In this document: piece by piece, positions 37,567-50,200 of the stretch | Layout of the letters: every line of letters starts with the position of its first letter | Numbering within the stretch: the first letter of the stretch is position 1 | Assembly (NCBI RefSeq): GCF_009834535.1 | Contig: NC_045698.1 | Coordinates: 560,001 to 624,000 of the forward strand | Reading direction: 5' to 3' | From: Camelus ferus | Lineage: Eukaryota | DNA: 64,000 nucleotides | Program-made: the position numbers and the translations under genes | Notes under the pieces: model-generated | Told to the model about the DNA's origin: nothing | Databases searched by the model: none | Seen by the model: the letters and a program-made list of their open reading frames with translations, nothing else

Positions 37567-37885
37567 TGATATTGACTGAATGTTCCATCCCCCCAAATTT
37601 GTACATTGAAGCCCTGCCCCACCGAGCGATGGCATTTAGAGGTCATTCAGGAGCGTGGAGGCTTCATCTGGGGTCAGTGCCTGTGTAAGAGTCACTAGGG
37701 CGCCGGGTCCCTTGGCTCTGCTCTCTGCCGGGGGCGGACCCAGTGAGCAGGTGCCGTCTGCTCCTGGAGGAGGCCTCTCCGGAACCCGCCCCAGCCGGCC
37801 TCCTGATTTCCGGCTTCCGGCCTCCAGGACTGTGAGAAATAAATGTCCGTCGTGTATAAACTGCCCGGTCTGTGGCTGAGACACA
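37567..37885 (+). mobile_element. MaLR LTR (MLT1A/B-like)
   Basis: Starts TGATATTGACTGAATGTTCCATCCCCCCAAATTTGTACATTGAAGCCCT; ends GCCTCCAGGACTGTGAGAAATAAATGTCC...GCTGAGACA. Confidence 0.85.
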
Positions 37886-37983
37886 CAACCTCCAAGGCTC
37901 TGTGTCAGTCTGCAAAGAAGTGATTCTCTGGCTTTCATCTGCAAGGCAAGTTTAGGTGACTCCCCCTGAATTCCCGGGCACTT

Positions 37984-38080
37984 TTCATTCACTCATTCAT
38001 CCACGCAGCAAATAATTTCTGAGCAACTGTCCTGTGCCGGGCAGCGGCCCAAGCACTCACATTCCCAGGCTCCAAGGACC
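37984..38080 (-). mobile_element. LINE-2 3' tail, antisense
   Basis: TTCATTCACTCATTCATCC...AAATAATTTCTGAGCAACTGTCCTGTGCCGGGCA. Confidence 0.65.
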
Positions 38081-41000
38081 TTTGAGTGGCCAGAGGCCAT
38101 GAACACACACACAGAGGGGAGGACGGCCTCCTGGCGGCCACCTGAGTGAGGACGCGGGGCGGCCAGCGTGTGAGGGGGATGTCCCAGGCCCCCTTGCGAG
38201 GCCGGGCCGGCTCGCCTTCCCTCTCCAGGACCTCTGTGTGGCAGTGTCCCACCTCTGGGGGAGGAAGAGGGAGCTTGAGCCCCCAGCCCACTCCCCGCCT
38301 GGGCCCAGGAAACCTCCTGCCTCCTTCGCAGGGGTCCTTTGGGGTCAGGGAGCTGGCGGCTCAGTTCCCACCAGGAGGGTTTGGGGGCTGTGGGGAGAAG
38401 CCCGCCACTCGCGGGCTGCTCTGAGCAGAGATCCAGCCCACGCTGCCCACTTGAGGGGATGGGAATGAACACCTGTGCACGTCCTGATGTGTGAGGGCAG
38501 CGAACGGCAGTTTTGCGTCCGGTTCCGCGGGTTTTGGGAAAAAGCCCATGTCAGCGCTGACTCTGAAAGCCCTCATACCTGCGACTGCCACTGAGGGCAG
38601 AGACCACGGGGACACTCCCTGGGGGCCCTGGGGGAGGCACAGGTTGGGGTGCTGGAAGGTGCCGATTGGTGGGGATCCCAGGGCGAGGGCTGGGGTCCTC
38701 TCAGCACGTTGGCATCGAGACTTCACAGACTGTGTGGCTTGGGGCTGCTGTCCACCGCGTGGCCTGCACGGGCCCTCCCAACCCATCAGCTGGGTTGCTG
38801 GGAGCTGGTGTGACGAGGAGAAGGTGCTTTCAGAGTCTGCCGGGCACGGACTAGTGACTAAAGATGCTTCAACACAGCCCTTCTCTTTGAAAGTGCTGAG
38901 AACTGATTTTATCAACAGCAAAACTGTCCTGAAGGCTCCATGACCTGGAAGGGGCCCCCATGGGCCCCACCTCCTGCCGCCTCTGCCCTCCCAGCTCCCT
39001 CGGGGCCACCTCGATGCCTGGACGTGCAGGGCGGCAGGAGCCTCCAGGCGGAGCTCAGGGCGCAGCTGCAGGGAGCCTGAGCCAGTCACAGCTTCTGGTA
39101 GGTCCCGGCTCCTCCACCTGCAGTGGACAGGACACTGCCAGTGTCCCTGCCTGCACTGGCCCTCCCGGGGGACCAGGACATGGAGAGGGACTGAGCTCAG
39201 GAGAGGGAGAGGGGCCTCAGCAGGAAAGTCGAGTCCCGGGCAGAATATCCGCCTTGAAGGCAGGAGGTAAATGGCATCCCACAAGGGCCATGGCCAGGAC
39301 ACGCCAGTTGGTGTCATGTGAGGGGCCACGCAGCCTCACAGGGTCACGTCGCAGCACAGCACTAATGCAGACAGATGCCCACTGCACAAGGCGGGTGACA
39401 GGGAGAGGCTGTCCAGAGTGCGGAATGTCCGGGACTAGGGTGTCACAGAGCACCCCCAGCCCATTCCCACCCACAAAATGACAAAGGGGACAAGGCCACG
39501 TTGTGTCGTGAGTGGTCACAGTGGGCTCCAGGCTTGAGTCTCGAGAGCGTGCGAGCCAGGGTCTCTGTGGGGCCTGGAGCTGGCGACGACGGGGTCCAGA
39601 AGGTCCCCCCTTGGAGGCTGGCCAGGGAGGGGAGGGTCCAGCAGGCACCTCGGGGTCCAGCAGGGATTGGGGTCTCTGCATGCCTGGTCACTTTTGAGCT
39701 GGGATTGCAGGCAGGGCTGGGGAAGAGTCTGGACTCAGGTAGGGTGCCCATCCCTCAGGCCCAGGGATCCGGCCCCTCCCCTGGCAGGAGCACCCTTGCC
39801 TCTGGGGCCTGGGGAGGAGTGGGCGGGCTCTGGGTCAGAGCCCCACCCCTCCGCCAGCTCTCAGGATTCCTTGCTCACAAGCACGCCCTCTTCAGGGGGA
39901 GGAGCCTTTACACCTCGGCAGGGTCGGGGTGTGGCCAGTGCTCAATCAAAGCTGCACCCGCAGCGCAGCGCTGGTCAGACTGGGCACTGCTGCTAATGTG
40001 TGCGTTGCAGCTGAGATCACAGGTGAGCATCACCAGGGAGCAACCCAAAGACTCTTAGCTTGGAGGTTCTTCCCGAGAAGTTAAGTGACTGCTGCAAGCT
40101 GGGAGCAGAGGACTTGCCTTTCCTGCGTCCGCGCTCCCCACTCCCCAGGGCGGCCGGATGGAGACAAGGCCAGCCGACAGGTGGGTGGAACTCAGCTCGG
40201 ACCGGCTCCCGACAAAGGGCCCGGGCCCAGCCGGATGGTGGATGCAGCGTTGGCCCCCAGGGCACCGCGGGCACAGTCGCTCAAGCTGGCTGGGAGGGGC
40301 GGACCCAGCCCTTTGGGCGGGACGCCGAGGAAGCTGACAAGCTGAGGACCAGGATGGTGCAGTTGGAAGATAAAACCTTCAGTGTTTTTTATGGAGGAAA
40401 GGGCTTTGGAGGCCAAAGTGCCAGGTCTGGCTGGTGAGCCTGACAGCTGGACGGATGCCCGCACTTCCCAAGCCGGTGCTCCAGGCCCTCCTTCCTGAGC
40501 TCAAGCAGTGAGTGCACCCTGAGATCTGGCAGTCAGGGCTCCGCGGTGAAGGTCCTTCCCCGAGCTCCCTTTCCCTCCCGGCCTCTTCTGGGCTGTTGCT
40601 GAGGCCCGGGGGCTTCCTGGACACTCAGAACGCCCTTGACCTTGCATGGATGATGAGGGCTCAGTGGAGTGAAGGGGAGTGCACATTGTGGGGGTCAGAC
40701 TCACCCGCCTGGGAGGCACCAGGGGGTAGCTGGCACCCGGGTCCCTGAGGCCTGAGCTGAGGTCTGGGGACCCTGCTGCTCCTCGAGGCACCGAGATGCC
40801 ACCTTGAGCCCAGAGAGCCCAGCAGAGGGGGCTAGTGCCCTGCCCAGGGCAGGCGGACGGTGCAGGGTGCCCGGTAGGGGCACAGCTGCAGCCTTGCCCA
40901 GCGGGGAGCACGGTGCCCCAGGCGGCATCTCCAAAGTCAGCACCCCAGACAAGGGATCCTGGGGGACTGTTCAGGGTCTGAATGGGGGCACAGTCTGCTG

Positions 41001-41789
41001 CCTGTCCTCTCATGGCACTCATCTGTCTGTGCAGCTGATGGCAGCCCGCAGCCGAAGGGAGGGGGTGGCGGTGGCTGTTCTCCGGAAATGTCCATCCATG
41101 CCGTTTTTTGTGCCCATGTGGGACACCTGGCGGCCCTGCTCCGTGAGGCTGGGAAGCCACGGGCCACTCTGCATCCAAACAAGACCAAGTGGAGGACTCA
41201 GGACATTACAAATAGTCAGCATGTCTGCCTGGCCTCCTTGAAGGTGATTCAGGATTTCTGGTCCGTACTCCTGGGCACAAGACACAGGTGAGGGCACACG
41301 GTGCCTCTGTCCTGGCTGAGACCCACGCTGGGTTTGGACTCTGAGGTGGCTGCTGTCCACGTCAACCCAGCACAACCCCCTCTGCCACCGTCCCCCCAAG
41401 CACAGGGGTGGACATAGAGCAGGCCGCCCACCACCAAAGAGCTGATCGGACTGTCCTTGCTTCTTCCCCAGTTTCTGGGTGTGGGTGGGGCTGCCAAGGC
41501 CATGTCTACACCCGGAGGAAGTCCAGAGTCTCTGGCAGAGAGAGGCCCCAGAGTGTCTTGGTGGGTGAGTCCCCGGTCCAGTTGCCCCAGGCAAGTCCCA
41601 CCTCTGCCCACCTGGGGCTCCGGTACATGAACCTGTGTGGGGTTCAGTGAGTCTGAGCTGTGTTTCTTGCAGTCAAGAATTCCTGGCACCAATAACCTCG
41701 AGGGAGTTCCCAGGACAACTGGCTGTGCCCTGCCTCTTGGCTGCAGCCACATGGGCCGAAAGTCAAAAATTAGGACCCAAAGAAACTAG

Positions 41790-42770
41790 AGGTATGCCAC
41801 CAAAAGCACAAATAACCAAAGATAAAACAGACACACTGGAAATATCAAAATTAAATGGACACCATTAAAGAAGTGAAGACAAGCTACAGTATGGAAAAAA
41901 TATTTGGAAATCATATACCCAATAAGGAACTCGTATCCACAATATGTAAAGAGCTTTAACAGCCAATAATAAAAAGGACAAAGATTTTAATAGACAATTC
42001 TTCTGAGAAGGTGAGCAAAAGACAAGGACATGAAAAGACACTGGACATCATCACCCATCAGGGAGATGCAAACCCAGACCACGTGAGACACCACGTCACC
42101 CACCAGAATGACCAGAATCAAAACATTCAAGAGCCATGAGAGTCGGCGAGGGCATGGAGCCTCCCATTTGGCTGGCGGGCTGGGACGTGGTGGGGACATG
42201 GAGTGGCCACTGGGAAGAGCATCGGGGCCTCAGGGAGGTTGTTCCTCACATGTGAGACAGACGCCCCATGTGACCCAGAACCCCCTGCAGGTGGGAACCC
42301 ACGAGACTGGAAATCCGTCTACGTGGGTGTGTGCACGAAGGTCCACAGTCGCCTGAGGGTGGAAACCACCCAGATGTCCACCAGCAGATGGACAGAAAAA
42401 CAAACAGGGTCCCTCCACACCACGGAACTCTATTCAGGCATGAAGACAGTGAAGCAGCGACACTGCGATCTGGTGAACCTGGGGCACCTCACACTGAGCA
42501 AAGAAGCCGGACACGAAAGGCCATGCATTACACAAGTCCCGGAAATGTCCAAGCCGGGTGTCTCTCAGAGACTGACCGCAGGCCGTGGCTCCCTGGGACG
42601 GGGGTGATGGGAAGGCTAGGGGTGATGGGTTTCTTTTCGAGGCGACAAAGGTGTTCTGAAATCACCAGTGGTGGCTGCACACATCTGTGAGAACCCTAAA
42701 AATCATGAACTGAGCATGCCAAGTGGGCGAATGCAGGGCATGTGAACTCAATAAAGAATAAATTTAAAAC
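41790..42770 (+). mobile_element. LINE-1 3' portion (ORF2 C-terminus plus 3' UTR)
   Basis: ATGGAAAAAATATTTGGAAATCATATACCCAATAAGGAACTCGTATCCACAATATGTAAAGAGCT, CATCAGGGAGATGCAAACCCAGACCAC, and terminal GTGAACTCAATAAAG. Confidence 0.85.
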
Positions 42771-45148
42771 ACTCACAGGTAGGCAGGTCAACGTGGAACA
42801 TGGGTGAGGTTTCTGCCACCCAGTGCTGTGTGACCGGGTGGACGTGAGGACAGATGCCCAGCAGCTCAGGGCAGGCCAGCCTCACTCTGCTCGCCATCCC
42901 AGGACCCTTGCTCTCCTGTCCCCCTTCTCCAGACCTCCTGACATCCGCAGAGCCTCTGCCAGAAGGAATGAGACTCAGCAGTCCGGCCAACACACCTGGA
43001 CAGGCGTCCCAGCCAACAAGCCCTCTGTGGGGCATGGGGTACCCGGCTTCGCAGCATCTGCACCAGTGAGCACACAGGCGTCTCGCACGGCTGTGTCCAG
43101 GAATGTATTCCCACACGGGGTCGCAAGCCCATCGCCGAGTTGCTGCCTGGCGTGGATATAAACAGTGCATTCGGAAGGGCTGTAATCTCCCAGCTGTCAC
43201 TTTCCATAACGCACAATGGCATTGTTACTATTATTGTCTCAAAAACACGGATAGGACCCAGGAAACCACAAGATGACAAACCATCACATCCTAAATTGGG
43301 GGTTAAAGGCCACATGGGGGTTGGAGGTAGCGAGAGAGGGCTGGAAGGGCATGGGAGCATGGCCGGGAGAGAGGGTCTTTGATCTCACCCTGGAGTTGGG
43401 TGCCACAGGGAAGGCGGCTGTCCCCAGGGTCAGAGACTGCGCTGGCCGCAGGTCCAGCCAAGACCCCTGCCTCCCAGTGCTGGGAGGTCTGCTTGCCCAG
43501 AGTGCCCACAGTGTGGCTGGGTCCTTCAGAAGGGATGGTGGGAAGGGCTGGCAGGCTGGGCTGCCCATAGCACTGTTCCCACGCCGAGTTCACGCCCCTG
43601 TGTGCGGCTTGGTTCCAGGCTAGGGGTCAGCACAGGACTCCACCTCAGTCTCCAGTCTGTCACTGACAGCGGTGCACCTGGGGGAATCACATGGCACTTT
43701 GGGCAGCAGTAAAATTGACAACAACACCTGCAACTTGATGGCCTGAAAGCTGGACAGATGGTGTGTGTGAATCGCCCGGGTCCCAGACTTGGCTAGACGT
43801 GAGCTGTGGGGCTGCGGTGAGCAGGGGAAGCCCAGCTCCAAGGAGGGGAAGGGCCACGCCTGGGTGGGGTGTACCCTCTGCCCAGGCAGCCCACCTCCAG
43901 GGCTGCGAGCCATCCAAAGAGCTGGAGATGTGGGAGTGACCACGGGGTCACCGGCACCCGCGGAGTCGAAGCTGCTGCAGGAGATTCAGGTGCGTGTGTG
44001 TGTGTGTGGGGTGTTCAGGTGAAGTGAGGGGAGTAGCAAGCTGGGGTTCAAGGAGAAGGTGAGAAGGGGTGGTTTCTCCCAAGGCGATCGGAGAAGGCAA
44101 GGGTAGGGGCCATCACAGGGGAAGGAGCCGAGAGGGTGCTGCGGGAGGGGTCGGAGAAGCTGGGCTCCTGGAGGGAGGCAGACGCAGGAAAGGTGCACCT
44201 GTCCCTCATGTGGAGGAGGCCGAGGGCAGGTGACCAGGCCTGGGTATCCCAGCTTGGCTGACACCCTCCCCCCACTGCCCAGGAGTTCAGCCAGGTCCAA
44301 GAAGATGGGGTGCAGGCGGAAACCCACCCTGGGGCCCCACCCCAGTCCCTTCCTGTCCTTGATTGACGTGAGGTAGAGAGGCTGGAGCTGGACCTTCCAG
44401 GAAGGAGCCAGCGGTTCCACGTTAGCCGGACCAGGGCTAGCAGTTGGTTTTTCCCAGAGACCCCCCTCTTCCGTCCTCTGTCCCTCCAGCCGACTCTCCC
44501 CCACGGGCCACCTGTGGGCTCCCATCCCCCACCCCCCAGGAGACCCACTACCATCACCGCCAGACAGGGATGCGGTGCCCCAGCGTTCTCTCCTGCAGAG
44601 GGCCCTTGGGCTCCTGTAGGATGCGGGTGCCTGACCTGGGATGAGAGGGGGAGGGGGTGGGGAGCTGCCCCTGAAAGCATCCGCTCGGGACCGCGGGGTC
44701 CACTGCAGCCCCCGACATCCTTACAGGCGGCTTGTCCCGGGTCCTTGTCGTTGGCAGGCGCCATCCGCTCTACGTCCCCGGCTTGGCGCGCGCCCCAGCG
44801 GGGGCCCGGACTGGGGAGGGCTCCCCTGCGGACGTGGGAGGGCCGGGCTGGAGGCGGGCGCGAGTCCCGGGGGCCGGTGCGCTGCGGACGGCGGCCGCGG
44901 GGGGCGCTGCGGCGGCCGCGGTTAAAGCCCAGGCGCGGACGCGCGCGCTCAGAGGGAGTCGGGCCGCCGCCGCCGCCGGCGCTGCGCCCCCGCCCGCCGG
45001 CCCGCCCGCCCCGCGCCCCGCGGCTGCACCCGACCCCCGCCCCCCGGGTCCCTGCGGCCGCCGGGGACGCCTGGCCCCCGCGCTGGACCCCAGACCCGCA
45101 CCTGAGCGCGGCGCCGGGAGTGCGGGCGGGCCGGGGCCCGGGGGAGAC

Positions 45149-45173
45149 ATGGGGAAATTCCAGTCCAAGCACG
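45149..45173 (+). CDS. NKD2: NKD2 (naked cuticle homolog 2, Wnt/Dishevelled antagonist) exon 1 coding part, 25 bp
   Basis: GACATGG Kozak context; encodes MGKFQSKH with an N-myristoylation motif MGxxxS; donor G|GTGAG at 45174. Confidence 0.95.
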
Positions 45174-45275
45174 GTGAGATGCGGGCGGGCCGGCGGGCGG
45201 CAGGGAGGGCGGGCGGCGGGCGCCGGCCACTCACTGTCCCTTCCCCTCTCCCCCTGCCCTCCGGCCGCGCCGCAG

Positions 45276-45311
45276 CCGCCGCAGCCTTCAAGCGAAGAGA
45301 GAGCCCCGAAG
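45276..45311 (+). CDS. NKD2: NKD2 exon 2, 36 bp
   Basis: CAG acceptor ending 45275, donor AAG|GTGAG at 45312; encodes AAAAFKRRESPE(G), the KRRESPEG motif of vertebrate Naked proteins. Confidence 0.95.
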
Positions 45312-45611
45312 GTGAGCGCGCCGGGCGGCCCGGGCGGGACCCGGGGCCAGAGCACGACGCGGGGCCTGCCCTCAAGCCCTCGGGTTGGGGGACGGTGCCG
45401 CGGGGCCTCTGGGAGCGCGCAGCCTGCCCCACCCCGGTCCCAGACCCCGACCCCGGCGCACGCCTGAGCCCTGCGTCCCAGGCCCCCGCGGAGACGGGTG
45501 GGCGCGCTGGGCGGTGGGGCATCGCCAAGTCGCAGCTCCCCCGGCCCTCACTGCGCGTCTCCTTCCCTTCTCGGCGCCCTGTTTCCCGCGCGTCCGCCCG
45601 CGGGGCTGCAG

Positions 45612-45712
45612 GGGACAGCTTTGTGGTGTCTGCGTACACGAGTGGCCGCAGAGGCGTGGAGGAGGTGGAGCGGCGTGGCGGCTGCGCAGAGCACAGTGCG
45701 AGGGACAAGCAG
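45612..45712 (+). CDS. NKD2: NKD2 exon 3, 101 bp; gene continues beyond the window
   Basis: CTGCAG acceptor ending 45611, donor CAG|GTAGG at 45713; encodes (G)DSFVVSAYTSGRRGVEEVERRGGCAEHSARDKQ. NKD2 rather than NKD1 from the MGKFQSK and RDKQ sequences and TRIP13 synteny. No exon 4-like sequence recognised up to 64000. Confidence 0.93.
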
Positions 45713-47035
45713 GTAGGCGTGGTGGGCCTGGCCCCACTGAGGCCAGTGGATGTGAGTACCACAGCTGCCCCCCTGGCTGGGACCCGGGATTGAGAAGGCA
45801 AAGGCCCAGATGGCCGAGAGGGAGTGACTCCTGCTGGGCCAAGAGAGCCAGTCCCTTCCCACCTTCAGGTCCCAGGCGGGGGTCCAGTGGCACAGGCCTC
45901 AGTATCCCCCTCTGGCGCAGTGGATAGCAGGGCTGAGTCCTGCTTTCCTTTAGGATGCTTGTCCTGCACAGCAACGTCACCAGAGTTAAAGGCCACCCTG
46001 CTGCTCATCTGCCACGTGGGTGACCGCTGGCCTGCAGGGAGGCTCCTGGGAAAGCCAGGCTCCAAGCGGACAGCCGAGGCCACCCAAACAGCAGGGCCGG
46101 CAGGGGCCACAGGGGTCCCGCTCAAGTGCTCTGTCCAGAAGCAGAGAATGCCCCGGCCTGGGGTGCCAGAGGGGCCCTGGGGAAACTAGACTCCACACAC
46201 TGGTCACGAGGAGAAAGGGGACGTCAGATGGGGCTCAAGTAGGTGGCCACACAGACGGCTGAGACCCTCCTTGCCCACTGCTTGCTCCCCACCCGCCCCT
46301 GGAGTCCACAGAGCACCAGCTCACAGGCATGTCCACTCCCTTTACAGAAGGACACTCTACTGGCCAGTTGATAAATGATAAGTTTTGAGAGTATCTGTAA
46401 ACACTGGTATGGCATTCTGAGAAGGGGCCCAGATATGCCCTGAAACCACATACTAGAGTTACGATTCTCGCTTTCTGGGAGTGGAGTTTTAATCCCACAC
46501 GTGTGAAGGTAGGAACTACGTTTTAAAGTACTTGCTGGGTCCATCTAGTGAGGTTGGACGGACTTGCGCTTCTCGTCCCTGGGGATCGGGCGGGACCTCT
46601 GGCTGATGCAGTTTGCCTGATGCAGTTTGCCTGGGAGGTGGGTGTTGGTAACAGGGCGTGTCTCCTACAGCTCGGTCCTCCTGCTGCGAGGAATTCAGCG
46701 GTCAGTGGCGTAGGCTGGCCCTGTTCTGCCAGCCGTTGGCCTGCGGCCTTCTTGGGAGGCGTGGGCACCATGGCCTGCACTGTCCTTTCAGGCCCTGGAA
46801 TCACGGGCAGCGCGCTTGTGAATGGGAGTCCGGCCGCGGTGCAGCAGGGCGGCCCCCACACCAAGGCAGGGCTTCCCTAGTGGAGCGGGCTCACGGAGAG
46901 CACGCCCTTGGAAACTGTGAGGTGGCGGGGCTGGGGCTGCGCTGGTCTTCTAGGCCCACAGGGTCCGCACGCTTGGGGCTTTTTCGGGAGTGATGAGGCG
47001 CGTGGCTTGGGTTGTTCCCTTATTACTCTGTTCTC

Positions 47036-47260
47036 TGCTGTGGTCTGAATGTGTGTTTTCCCCCAAAATTCATGTTGGAAACCCCCAGTGTCATGGTGTC
47101 GGGGGGCCCTTCCGGGAGGTGTTGGGACCTGAGGGAAGAGCTCTCATGTTGGGCTGCGTGCCCGATGAAGACCCCAAAGGGCTCCCTTGTCCTGTCGCCA
47201 CGAGAGGTCATAGCCAGAAGGCAGCCTCTGGGTCAGAAAGGGGCTTACCAGGCGCGAGTC
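47036..47260 (+). mobile_element. MaLR LTR (MLT1A/B-like) 5' part in NKD2 intron 3
   Basis: TGCTGTGGTCTGAATGTGTGTTTTCCCCCAAAATTCATGTTGGAAACCCC start. Confidence 0.8.
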
Positions 47261-50200
47261 TGTCTGGGTTGTTCGGGCCGCTGGCGAAGTGAGACAGCCC
47301 CGGCTGGTGACAGGTTCTTCTAACACCATGATGTAGGAAGGCCAAATTTCAGAACAATGGATGGTCCTTTAAGTAAAATACATTTTTTCTTTTTCCACGT
47401 TTCCCCATCTTTCCCTCATTTGGCCACAGGGCTGTGGTTTAGACCTCCTGGCCCAGGTGCCCCTCACCCCGGCACACACAGGCACCTCGCTGCTGTATCC
47501 CTGTCCCCTCCCTTGCCCGCCACCCCAGGTTCTGCCCTGGTGCTCAGTCAGAGGACACTGGGGTGTCGAGTCCTACCTCCCTCCCTTTTCTGGCCCTACT
47601 CTTCGTGTGGTGTCCAGAGCCCCATCCACTGTCCCTGCCTCCCCAGGTGATGCTTGGGGAAGGCCAGCACCCAGTGCCATCTGCCTAGGGCCCAAGAGGG
47701 GACACATCCTCCTCTCCTGAAGGTGCTTCCCTGCAGGTCAACCCTGGTGGGTCGCGTTGGCACAAGAACTGTGGCAAGTGACCTGGCGGAGATCATGTGA
47801 GTGTCTACCAGGTAACTGACTCTCGCCTGCCCTCGCCCGCGCCCCCAGGAATAGAGGAGACGAGGCTGGTTTTGCCCACTGGTTGTTAGTGCTGGCTCCT
47901 GGTGCCAGCTTGGCACACGTCTGAAGCAACCTCTGATCGGTGTTAGTGTTTTCTAGGTAGGTGGACTGCCTGCCTCACCACCTGGAGGAGTCCTTGTCGA
48001 TCCTGAGCTGCGCTGTATTGCTCCATTGCCAGGTGCCCCCAGAGGGTCAGCACTGTGCCGGGTGTGGGGGTGATGAGGATGGTGGCAGGAGTGGCCCAGG
48101 GTCTAGGAAGCGGCGTGCCTGACCTGGCACTTGTGCTGCACTAAACTTATGAGGAGTGCGGGGCGGGCTCATGGCAGCGGAGCAGCCGGGATCAGGGTTA
48201 CTGGTGGGGTCGGCACCGAGCAGCGGGGGTCCTGGCGAGGCTCTGTGGAGGTTGGCTGTCCCTGTCCTGGAAGTTTGTCCTTCTCCGCACACACTCGCTC
48301 CCCACGTCCCCGTCTGATTTCTCCAGCACTCCCTGAGGGGCGGGATAGTTCAGAAAACAGGCGTCACCAGTAACAATTGAGATTTTGTTGTGAATAGAAC
48401 AGATTTCTGTTAAGTAAGCCTGAAAAGGGGACCTTCCAGCCACCTCTGGAGGCTCATATCAACTGAGACTCGAGTTGGGGTGGGACTCCCCGTGGCTTCA
48501 CACACGGCCCGGACGCCACCCAGTCCCCAGTCAGCACAGAGCCGTGGTGCGGGGAGTGACCACACGCTGGCAGGAGGCACAGGGTGGGACAGCGTGTGCG
48601 TGTGTGTGTCCTGCCCTGCGGATGCTGTCCGGCCGCAGGCCACTTGGAAGGAGTGATGTTGCCTGTGTGGCGTTCAGCAGACAGGCAGTGGGCACTGCGG
48701 CCACAGTGCGGCTCCACAGGCTGGCCCCTGTGCTCTGGGGACACTATGACCTCTAGAGTCCCAGCCCGTGTGGGGTGTCTGGATGCCATGCCAGGACCTG
48801 CCAGAGAGCGTCATTTTCTCTTAGGAGCCCACTGCGCACTGGTCCTTGGGTACTGGAAGCCTGTTTGGCCCAGTCATGAACGAGGCTGACACGGACACAC
48901 GCAGAGGCCGGGGGCTCATCTGGATTCGGGGGGCACTGACATCAGGCCAGGGAATCCCTCCCGAGGTCGGGCGGCATCCGTGCCCTCACCCCACCCCTGC
49001 TTCTGGAACTGCCCATGGCCGCACTGCACCCTCTAGACCGAGGATGCGCCAAGCGGTCCCAACTAGCCCATAGGGGGCCTCCTGCGGGGGACCCCAGAGC
49101 CACGAGGTCCCCTCCTGGAGCGGGGCGGGGAGGTGAGGACCCCATGGGGGAGTCGGCTGCTCTGTCTCCAAGGGCGAGTGGCTGACCTTTGCCTCGCGTC
49201 TGCACCTGCAGACCTGGGTGGCTGCTGTCTGTGGGGAAGAGACCCCCGGGTTGCGGGGGTACAGGAGGTGGGGCCGTCTGTGACCAGTGCAGCCAGGAGC
49301 ATCTGATGCCCAGGAGGGCCTGAGGGCACGTGGACGGGCCAGACCATGTGTGCAGCCCCGCCCCGCTGGGGTGCCTGTGAGGGGTGTGCAGGGACATGGA
49401 CCAGGAGAGGCTGCCGGGCACCCCGACCTCAGGCAGGGGCAGTGGACCCACGCTGGCTGTGGGGGACAGAGGCCGGGTGGCAGAGCCCGTCTCCCACGGT
49501 AGGAGGGTGGTTGAAGGGGGCTCCTCCCTGGATGCTGGTCTCTCGAGATGCTTTCCTGGTGGCCAGGGTCGCTTCGGCACGTGAAGGCGTGCTTTTTCTC
49601 GGGCAGGCCTTGCGTGATACGGGCCCTCCACGTCTGCGTGTGCACTTGGGGGCTGCTCTCGAGGAGCCCCAGGTGCAGGTGAGGGGCTGTTCACAGAAGG
49701 AGGATGCGGGAGCACACGGACACCTGCCCTGGGGACGCTGTTCTGGAGCCGGGAGCTCACACGGCGAGAGGAGGGGCCCGTGGGACTGAAGCCGGTCTCT
49801 GTAACAGCCGACTTTGCTGCTGGGTGAGCGGAGAGTTCGACTTCCTGAAGTGAAAGGAGAGACCTGACGTCACCTTGCTCTCATCAAGGACGTGACTGGC
49901 CGCGTGAGGACACTCGGGGATGCGTCCAGGCAGTGCCTGTCCCTTCTCTCCTCATCTTTACTTGGGGACAAGGCGTTTGGATGACTTTGAGGGCTTCTGT
50001 TGATGTTTCCTTTAATAATCGATGCTGGTTTGCAGTCTTCAGAAGTCAGCCCTCGGCCCCGGGAGCTGTCTGGTCAACCGTGCCCACTGTTAAGGGGGTG
50101 TGAGCGCAGATCCAGACGCAGGTGTCAGCACGGCATGCAGCCGGGCGCCGTCTCGGCTCTCACACCAGGTGCTCCGGGCCGGAGGGCGCTGTGCCCACCC

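Larger units (their letters stand above)
44690..45720 (+). promoter_or_regulatory. NKD2: NKD2 CpG-island promoter with TATA-like TTAAA and likely TSS near 44951
   Basis: Very dense CpG and GC boxes over exons 1-3; lone AT patch TTAAA at 44922-44926 lies 29 bp before the A of an initiator-like TCAG (A at 44951); no ATG between there and 45149. TSS position is inference. Confidence 0.8.

Noticed and set aside
44048..45801. Long overlapping ORFs on both strands over the CpG island (435, 343 and 317 aa)
   Set aside because: R/P/G/A-rich, no recognisable domain; expected from stop-codon scarcity at very high GC. Only the NKD2 exon segments are supported by splice sites and homology.
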